32,000 nt of DNA. Source: Thermodesulfobacteriota bacterium (GTDB taxonomy: Bacteria > Desulfobacterota > WTBG01 > JAGOGO01). Positions 9,220 through 15,454 of the stretch are shown here, piece by piece (the first letter of the stretch is position 1; every line of letters begins with the position of its first letter). The position numbers and the translations under genes are program-made. The DNA lies in the NCBI GenBank assembly GCA_026625185.1, contig CP113000.1, positions 1,275,622 to 1,307,621 of the forward strand. The letters are read 5' to 3'. The notes beneath the pieces are model-generated. The model had not been told where the DNA came from and searched no databases. It saw only the letters and a list, made by a program, of their open reading frames with translations.

Positions 9220-10248
9220 TTATCTGAAAATGCTACAGGTAAGAGTTTTTGGGTTTACCGTGAGAATTTTACCTGCTTCGCCCACGACAAAAATCTTTTC
9301 GCTGCCGGCTGATGCAATCCCTTCAAACCAATTGACCCCTATTGACTTCGGAAGACACACCTTCGACCAGTGGCCTCTATAATCAGTCATTGAAAGAACT
9401 GTTCCCTTTAACCCTACCACATAAGCACAGCCGTCAATGAACTTGACCTTAAGAAGGCTGGCGCCGGCTCCGCTACCGCTATCTATCTCTTCCCACGTTG
9501 TCCCGCCGTCGAAACTTCTCAACGAATATCCACTCATTCCCACAGCTATTCCCACTCTACCATCATCCGTAAAATCAATGCTGTTGAGGCTCGGGTGGGA
9601 AGCCTCAAGCTTCTCTACGTCTAAAGTCCTCTCTTCCCCCATAACCCTCTTAAAAGTTACCCCTCCATCCTCGGTCAAGATAATGGTGCCGAACTCTCCC
9701 ACAACAAAGCCCTTTTTAGAATCAAGGAATTTCACATCCTTCAGGACCAATTCCTCACCAGTAGACAGAACTTCCCAACTCTTACCACCATCGGCGGTAC
9801 GGAGGATGGTATGCGATTGCCCGACCGCCCATCCTTCCAAACGGTTGAGAAAACAGACCGCGCTGAGGTCATTTCCCGTGCCGCTTATTTGCTTTCTCCA
9901 GGTCTTGCCGCCATCTGAAGTTGAAAGAATTACTCCTTGAGTTCCCACGATCCACCCATAGTCTGCATCCCCAAAAGTAACTGCGGTTAAAAGTTCCTTG
10001 GTGCCGCTTTCTTGTAATTTCCAGGTTTCTCCTTCATCAGGGCTATAGAGAATAGTCCCGTAATATCCCACTGTATACCCGTGCCTCTCCACAAAACAGA
10101 CATCGTACAGGGAATCCCCGATTGAGCTTTGTCTTCCCCTCTCACCTACCTCCGTCTTTTTTGCATTAGGAAGCATTGAATGGCTGATGATTACGAGCCC
10201 CAACAAGAATCCTATGACCATTACCCATTTATGGATCACTCTTGTCAT
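9220..10248 (-). CDS. BNR/Asp-box beta-propeller protein (Ycf48/Hcf136-like), membrane-anchored or secreted
   Basis: The 342-aa ORF has an SD (AAAGGAGAG-N5-ATG) and an N-terminal hydrophobic anchor. It contains repeated SxDxGxTW Asp-box motifs: SPDEGETW, STSDGGKTW, RTADGGKSW, TEDGGVTF and SFDGGTTW. Confidence 0.8.
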   Translation of the reverse strand: MTRVIHKWVMVIGFLLGLVIISHSMLPNAKKTEVGERGRQSSIGDSLYDVCFVERHGYTVGYYGTILYSPDEGETWKLQESGTKELLTAVTFGDADYGWIVGTQGVILSTSDGGKTWRKQISGTGNDLSAVCFLNRLEGWAVGQSHTILRTADGGKSWEVLSTGEELVLKDVKFLDSKKGFVVGEFGTIILTEDGGVTFKRVMGEERTLDVEKLEASHPSLNSIDFTDDGRVGIAVGMSGYSLRSFDGGTTWEEIDSGSGAGASLLKVKFIDGCAYVVGLKGTVLSMTDYRGHWSKVCLPKSIGVNWFEGIASAGSEKIFVVGEAGKILTVNPKTLTCSIFR

Positions 10249-10405
10249 TTCTTCTCTCCTTTTCTTTTGGAATGAGGCAAAATAATACCCTGAAATTCAA
10301 GTCGATGCAGGTCCTTTTTCTTTACAACTAATTGATACTTTATTGTTTTTATCCTAATTTTAATAAAACGTTGGGACACTACTGGCTTACAATAAAAAAA
10401 AAAGC

Positions 10406-10434
10406 TTGACAATTAAAATTATGATAGCTATATT
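10406..10434 (+). promoter_or_regulatory. Sigma70-type promoter, repeat copy 1 (TTGACA-N17-TATATT)
   Basis: The -35 hexamer TTGACA is at 10406-10411 and the -10 hexamer TATATT at 10429-10434, separated by a 17-nt spacer. An A10 run lies immediately upstream in the UP-element position. Confidence 0.55.
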
Positions 10435-10532
10435 GTGATTAAATTGTGAATACGGCCTTTGACCAAAATAAAAGCAAAAGTTTAAAGTCAAAACCGATTT
10501 TCCTATAACAACGGTAAGCGAGAAAAAAAGGC

Positions 10533-10561
10533 TTGACAAGTAAAATTATGATAGCCATATT
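10533..10561 (+). promoter_or_regulatory. Sigma70-type promoter, repeat copy 2 (TTGACA-N17-CATATT)
   Basis: The -35 hexamer TTGACA is at 10533-10538 and the -10 hexamer CATATT at 10556-10561, separated by a 17-nt spacer. An A-run lies upstream. Confidence 0.5.
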
Positions 10562-10658
10562 GTGATTAAATTGTGAATACGGCCTTTGACCAAAATAAAA
10601 GCAAAAGTTTAAATTCAAAAAGGATTTTCATATAACAACGGCAAGGGCGAAAAAAAGC

Positions 10659-10687
10659 TTGACAAGTAAAATTATGATAGCTATATT
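10659..10687 (+). promoter_or_regulatory. Sigma70-type promoter, repeat copy 3, proximal promoter of the bam operon (TTGACA-N17-TATATT)
   Basis: The -35 hexamer TTGACA is at 10659-10664 and the -10 hexamer TATATT at 10682-10687. The predicted TSS is near 10694, which leaves a ~130-nt leader before the bamB ATG at 10825. Confidence 0.65.
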
Positions 10688-10723
10688 GTAATTAAATTGT
10701 GAGTACATTTTAAGCAATTTCAA

Positions 10724-10744
10724 CCTCTATCCGACGGGTGGAGG
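10724..10744 (+). promoter_or_regulatory. Leader stem-loop in the bamB 5' UTR
   Basis: CCTCTATCC-GAC-GGGTGGAGG forms a 9-bp stem (two G.U pairs) with a 3-nt loop. The 3' arm contains a GGAGG SD-like sequence. Confidence 0.3.
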
Positions 10745-10824
10745 AGTTATTGCGGTATGTGTGAGTAATTAATGTTTAGTCAAAAAGTATTTCGCGTGAT
10801 TCAGATAAGAAAGAAGGGAAAAAA

Positions 10825-12789
10825 ATGAGGTACTCAGAGACAGGGTTTAATTTAGAAATTGACCTATCCCGGGGAAACATTGAGAGGGTTGAAACCGACC
10901 CACGATTAACCGAGCTTTATCTGGGGGGTCTCGGTACTAACGCCAAGATATTATGGGATAGGGTTCCCCCAGAAACTGATCCCTTTTCGCCTGACGCTCC
11001 CCTGATTTTCAGTTCAGGCCTTTTAGGCGGCACAATTGCTCCCGGCGCTAATCGCACCATTATTACTGCTTACTCCCCTCAGACTCTTCTAATGGGATTT
11101 TCAATGATGGGGGGATTTTTTGCGCCGGAAATGAAGTATGCCGGATATGACAAAATCATTTTTCGCGGCAAGTCCCCCGATCTGGTCTATTTGTGGATAA
11201 ATAATGACAAAGTAGAAATACGTGATGCCGCTCATCTCCGTGGTAAAGGCGCTGTTGAAACTCAAGACATTATACGGAAGGAGTTGAATCAGCCGAGCGC
11301 CCATGTGGCTGCTATCGGTCTGGCCGGTGAAAACCGGGTCTATACGGCTTCCATCGAGCAGGGCAGGTCCAGCGCCAGCCGGCTCGGATTAGGAGCTGTG
11401 ATGGGAGACAAAGGGATAAAGGCGATAGCTGTTCGTGGGACAAATGACATCAATATTGCTCGGCCGGATGAATTTATAAAGCTTTGCAACGAAGTGCTGG
11501 AATATATAAAATTCCGAAACGCGAATCCGGTTCCGAACATAATGACCATTTTACAGGGGCTTGGTTCACCTCAAGAGATGGTGGAGACTGATGAGAAATG
11601 GCACACCGAGAATTTCAGTTGGGGAAATTCCCGCATTCGTAGAAAAGACTTCTGGACCAAGGAAATTGAAGAGAGATGGAAGAGTGTTCAATTAGATGTG
11701 CGGAAGCGGTTAATTAGCTGCTACAACTGTCCGATGAAATGCGGGGCAATAATTGCCGTCCCGGGACTTTCGATCTATATGATGAAATGCTTCACAAAAC
11801 TAACCTATACAATGGGAGCTTTAGTAGACGACCTGGATTTTGGTTTTAGAATCTCTCAACGCGCTGCGGAATATGGAGTGGACGGATTTTCAACCCCGCA
11901 AATTATGGCCTTCGGCTTCGAGCTTAAAGAAGCCGGCATTTTGACTGACGCGGATTTTGAAGGATGCCCTTCCGATAACGAGGGAAGATTTTACTGGCTC
12001 CTTGACAGAATTGTCCGGCGGGAAGGGATAGGAGATATCCTGGCTGATGGCACGCATTGGGCGGCCAAAAAGATCGGTAAGGGAGCAGAAGCGTACGTTC
12101 ACAACAATATCAAGAAGCATGAGCAGCTGCCTCTTAAGCTTGGAATGCTGAACCCCGTCTATTACCTGATGTATGCCACCGGCGAGAAAGCAAACATAAC
12201 GCAGATTGAAGGGCAGTTCCCCCAGGCGCCTTTCATGACCATGGAGGAAAGAGAAGCATTTGTAAAGGATTGGTTCCAGGTTCCTGATGAAAAGTTTAAA
12301 CAATATGTTCTGGACTGGGAACCGCGGGGAGAGCACTCAAATCCATTGTACCCGACTGTTGACATGTCCGTTGACATTGTTGACTGGCAAGAAAAAATGC
12401 ATTACATTGATGACGCCCTCGGGGTGTGCGCCGGTTTGTCATCATTTCCTCTGAAGCCTCCTTATCATATGCACAATTACCCCCATTTTATCTCATCAGC
12501 GAGCGGGATTGATATGGATGAAACCGGACTAACGGAAGTATATAATAGGAACCGCAATCTGGTTAGAGCCATTAATGTGAGAAGAGGCATGAGGAGAGCC
12601 GATGAGGATCCGCCCGAAGACCATTGGAAGAAAAGATTCCCAGAGCTTGAAAAAAAGCTCCTGGATGCTTATTACAAATTTAAGGGGTGGGATGATGATG
12701 GTATCCCTACGAAAGAGACATTACAGAAATTGGATCTGGGCTACGTTGCCGAAGACTTAGAACAGAGAGGTATTATAAAAAATGGCTAA
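10825..12789 (+). CDS. bamB: Class II benzoyl-CoA reductase active-site subunit BamB (tungsten bis-pyranopterin enzyme, aldehyde:ferredoxin oxidoreductase family)
   Basis: The 654-aa ORF has an AOR-family N-terminus (MRYSETGFNLEIDLSRGNIERVETDP..LYLGGLGTNAKILWD) and the [4Fe-4S] motif LISCYNCPMKCG. Long stretches such as NNIKKHEQLPLKLGMLNPVYYLMY and GLSSFPLKPPYHMHNYP match what I recall of Geobacter BamB. It is followed by the full bamC-I set. Confidence 0.88.
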   Translation: MRYSETGFNLEIDLSRGNIERVETDPRLTELYLGGLGTNAKILWDRVPPETDPFSPDAPLIFSSGLLGGTIAPGANRTIITAYSPQTLLMGFSMMGGFFAPEMKYAGYDKIIFRGKSPDLVYLWINNDKVEIRDAAHLRGKGAVETQDIIRKELNQPSAHVAAIGLAGENRVYTASIEQGRSSASRLGLGAVMGDKGIKAIAVRGTNDINIARPDEFIKLCNEVLEYIKFRNANPVPNIMTILQGLGSPQEMVETDEKWHTENFSWGNSRIRRKDFWTKEIEERWKSVQLDVRKRLISCYNCPMKCGAIIAVPGLSIYMMKCFTKLTYTMGALVDDLDFGFRISQRAAEYGVDGFSTPQIMAFGFELKEAGILTDADFEGCPSDNEGRFYWLLDRIVRREGIGDILADGTHWAAKKIGKGAEAYVHNNIKKHEQLPLKLGMLNPVYYLMYATGEKANITQIEGQFPQAPFMTMEEREAFVKDWFQVPDEKFKQYVLDWEPRGEHSNPLYPTVDMSVDIVDWQEKMHYIDDALGVCAGLSSFPLKPPYHMHNYPHFISSASGIDMDETGLTEVYNRNRNLVRAINVRRGMRRADEDPPEDHWKKRFPELEKKLLDAYYKFKGWDDDGIPTKETLQKLDLGYVAEDLEQRGIIKNG

Positions 12790-13327
12790 GGTTAAGAAGA
12801 AAATCAAGTCAATCAAGATCGATCTTGATAAATGCAATGGTTGCCGGGCATGTGAGGTGATTTGCTCAGCTTTTCATGCGAGCCCGAAATACAGCGGCGC
12901 CAATCCAGGGAGGGCCCGTATTCGGATGATTCGCGACCCGTTAAGAGACGTATATGTTCCTGTATATGCGGGTGAGTATACCCCTGCCGAATGCATGGGC
13001 AGAGACAAATATGTAATTGACGGAAAAGAATACGATGAGTGTGGCTTTTGCAGAGCTTCCTGCCCATCCAGAGACGCCTTCAAAGACCCCGATTCAGGTC
13101 TTCCTCTAAAATGCGATATGTGTGAAGATGATCCGCCGCAAGAAAAGCCCTTGTGTGTTCAGTGGTGTTTAAATGATGCCCTGATTTACGAAGAAAGGGA
13201 AGAGGAAGTAGAAGAAGAAGAAAGTCCTGAGGCCTTGGAGGTTGGGGTTAAAGCATTGACAGACAAATTTGGATTGGACCAGATAATGGATGCCGTTGCC
13301 CGAATGTCAATGTCAAAGAAAGGCTAA
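12782..13327 (+). CDS. bamC: BamC, poly-[4Fe-4S] ferredoxin-like electron-transfer subunit
   Basis: The 181-aa ORF overlaps the bamB stop by 8 nt (ATGGCTAA), implying translational coupling. Cys clusters include CNGCRACEVIC, CGFCRASCP and CDMCEDD..CVQWC, and the tail is acidic. Confidence 0.8.
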   Translation: MAKVKKKIKSIKIDLDKCNGCRACEVICSAFHASPKYSGANPGRARIRMIRDPLRDVYVPVYAGEYTPAECMGRDKYVIDGKEYDECGFCRASCPSRDAFKDPDSGLPLKCDMCEDDPPQEKPLCVQWCLNDALIYEEREEEVEEEESPEALEVGVKALTDKFGLDQIMDAVARMSMSKKG

Positions 13328-13339
13328 TAATCCGTAAGT

Positions 13340-13384
13340 CGTAAAAAGTGAAATGCTTCACCGTCTTACATTTTACGGTTTTTA
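13340..13384 (+). terminator. Terminator-like bulged hairpin + T-run between bamC and bamD (possible partial attenuator)
   Basis: The outer stem pairs CGTAAAA (13340-13346) with TTTTACG (13371-13377). The inner hairpin is GTGAA-ATGC-TTCAC (13348-13361), and GTTTTTA follows. The stem is AU-rich, so at best this is a leaky terminator. Confidence 0.3.
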
Positions 13385-13420
13385 CACCATTAAGGCGAAA
13401 TAAGAGGCTTAAGAAAAACA

Positions 13421-14572
13421 GTGGAGATGGTAGCACCCTTACAAGAAGTAATAGATCTAACAAAAAATGCCGGTGGGGAATCCTTCAAATTCTGCTATCA
13501 ATGCGGATTATGCGATGTTGTTTGTCCGTGGAATAGGGTTAGAACCTTTAGTATGCGCAAGTTAGTCCGGCAGGCTGCGTTTGGTTTGACCGAGATAGAA
13601 CATGAAGAGATATGGCGTTGTACCACTTGCGGAAGATGCCCTCAGCAATGCCCCCGTGGAGTAGAACAGATAAAACTTGGGGTATCCTCGCGCAGAATTG
13701 CCTCGGAATACGGAGTTTTTCCTGCTTCGGTCACTCCGGTGCGCGGGGTAAGCGCAAGTCTTGTTGCCGAAGGCAACCCCTTGGGTGAAGAGCGCCAAAA
13801 GCGGGCAAATTGGGCGGAAGGTCTGTCAGTAAAACCGTTTACCGCGGGGATGGAAATTTTGTATTTTCCCGGCTGCTACTTAAGCTATGACCCGAGATTA
13901 AAAAAGGTATCCCGAGCCACTGCCACCATCCTTAAAAAGGCAGGGGTAGATTTTGGGATATTGGGTGCCAAGGAGAACTGTTGTGGAGAAAGCATCCGCA
14001 AGACTGGCAATGAGGAAGTATTCAAACAATTAGCCAGGGAAAACATCAAAACTTTTATTGATAATGGGGTGAAGAAAATTTTGGTTTCTTCTCCTCATTG
14101 CTACCACACTTTCAAAAACGAGTACCCCGAATTCATGGTGAACTTCGAGGTGGTTCATATCGCCCAATACTTATTCGATCTTATTAACGAGGGAAGGCTT
14201 GCGATCACCAAGGAGTATGGGAAGAAAATTACCTATCATGATCCCTGTTACCTGGGCCGACATAACGGCATATTTGACCAACCCCGAGAGGTCTTAAAGA
14301 AGATACCCGGCATAGAACTGAATGAGATGCCGGATTCGCGAAAAAATAGTCTCTGTTGCGGCGGCGGCGGAGGCCGGATTTGGATGGAAACTCCAAAGGG
14401 TGAGCGATTCTCCGACCTCAGAGTAGTGCAAGCTGTTGGCGTCGGAGCTGACGTTTTGGTTACTTCCTGCCCTTACTGCATTTCAATGTTTGAAGACAGC
14501 AAGTTAACTCTGAAGGATAGTGATGCCTTAGAGATTAATGACATCACGGAAATTATCCAGGAAGTGATTTAG
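13421..14572 (+). CDS. bamD: BamD, HdrD-like subunit (2x[4Fe-4S] ferredoxin domain + two CCG domains)
   Basis: The 383-aa ORF contains CYQCGLCDVVCP and CTTCGRCPQQCP motifs. Two CCG-domain motifs follow (GAKENCCGES...SSPHCYH and SLCCGGGGGRIW...TSCPYCISM). The start could be GTG 13421 or ATG 13427. Confidence 0.85.
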   Translation: MEMVAPLQEVIDLTKNAGGESFKFCYQCGLCDVVCPWNRVRTFSMRKLVRQAAFGLTEIEHEEIWRCTTCGRCPQQCPRGVEQIKLGVSSRRIASEYGVFPASVTPVRGVSASLVAEGNPLGEERQKRANWAEGLSVKPFTAGMEILYFPGCYLSYDPRLKKVSRATATILKKAGVDFGILGAKENCCGESIRKTGNEEVFKQLARENIKTFIDNGVKKILVSSPHCYHTFKNEYPEFMVNFEVVHIAQYLFDLINEGRLAITKEYGKKITYHDPCYLGRHNGIFDQPREVLKKIPGIELNEMPDSRKNSLCCGGGGGRIWMETPKGERFSDLRVVQAVGVGADVLVTSCPYCISMFEDSKLTLKDSDALEINDITEIIQEVI

Positions 14573-14590
14573 AGGACAAAGAAGTTAAAC

Positions 14591-15388
14591 ATGCAAGAAG
14601 CGATTGACGTATCAGCCCTGAAAGGTGTAGTAGCGGGCATGACCTGTGATCGGTTTTCAGACGAGGGATGGGTGAGGACCTCAGTTTACGCGCCTAGTGA
14701 GATGCAACTGAAAATTTATATAAATCAGCAGGAACTGGTCTCCATCCTGTGCACTCCAACCAAGCTGAATTGCCTTGCCTTCGGGTTCCTGTACACCGAG
14801 GGAATCATCTCCGGCATCGGCGACGTGGCGGGCATGCGGGTGTGTGAGGATGACTCGCTGGTCGATGTGAGGCTGAGCAAAACCGAGTTTAAATTGCCGA
14901 CCCTGCGGACACTTACCTCTGGGTGCGGTGGCGGTGCAATTTTCAAAACTGAGGGACAAAGGGTTGATTCTGGTCTTACTGTTACACCAACGGAAGTGCT
15001 GGCGCTGATGAAAAAGCTTCAAGGGCAGATGCAACTCTTTCGGCTTAGCGGCGGCGTGCACACTTCAGCTCTGTCCGATACCAGGAACCTGTTGGTGGTG
15101 GCTGAGGATATCGGACGGCATAACACCTTTGACAAGATTCAGGGCGAATGTCTATTGAGGAAACTATCAACCAAAGATCGACTGGTACTAACCACCGGTC
15201 GCGTTTCGTCCGAGATGTTGCTCAAGGCGGCAAAGATGAAGGTACCGGTTGTTGCAACCCGGCACTCGCCGACGGAGCGAGCTATTTCGCTTGCTCTTGA
15301 TCTGGGTATTGCTTTGGTTGGCTATGCCCATGGAAACAGTCTGTCGGTCTATTCCCACCCGGAACGACTTGGGTGGTCGACAAATTAG
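14591..15388 (+). CDS. fdhD: FdhD-family sulfurtransferase/cofactor-insertion protein, embedded in the bam operon
   Basis: The 265-aa ORF carries the FdhD hallmarks GGVHTSAL, EDIGRHNTFDKIQG and VVATRHSPTERAI. Its Cys loop reads LTSGCGGGAIF, with a single Cys where E. coli-type FdhD has SSCGVCG. Confidence 0.8.
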   Translation: MQEAIDVSALKGVVAGMTCDRFSDEGWVRTSVYAPSEMQLKIYINQQELVSILCTPTKLNCLAFGFLYTEGIISGIGDVAGMRVCEDDSLVDVRLSKTEFKLPTLRTLTSGCGGGAIFKTEGQRVDSGLTVTPTEVLALMKKLQGQMQLFRLSGGVHTSALSDTRNLLVVAEDIGRHNTFDKIQGECLLRKLSTKDRLVLTTGRVSSEMLLKAAKMKVPVVATRHSPTERAISLALDLGIALVGYAHGNSLSVYSHPERLGWSTN

Positions 15389-15454
15389 GTGTATGGCTAA
15401 CCCGACGGACGGCGGATATCACAGAAACAAAAAAACCGGATAAGGTGATAGAAA

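Larger units (their letters stand above)
10394..10706 (+). repeat. Tandem direct repeat of a ~127-bp promoter-containing unit (2 full copies + ~57-bp partial third copy)
   Basis: The copies start near 10394, 10523 and 10650. The TTGACA hexamers lie at 10406, 10533 and 10659, giving periods of 127 and 126 bp. The copies differ at only a handful of positions, for example aattaaaatt versus aagtaaaatt and TATATT versus CATATT. Confidence 0.9.

Noticed and set aside
9437-9940. 167-aa plus-strand ORF rich in Ser/Pro/Leu.
   Set aside because: It is antisense to the Asp-box propeller gene. Its low-complexity composition is the mirror of the repeated SxDxGxTW codons.
10394-10706. The tandem repeats could be a CRISPR array.
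   Set aside because: The units are ~127 bp and directly abutting, with no unique spacers, and no cas genes are present. Each unit carries promoter hexamers, so this is a tandem duplication and not a CRISPR array.
11890-12336. 148-aa minus-strand ORF, together with other antisense ORFs inside bamB (11101-11304, 11340-11549 and 12162-12377).
   Set aside because: All lie inside the strongly supported bamB coding region on the opposite strand and have no motifs or SD.
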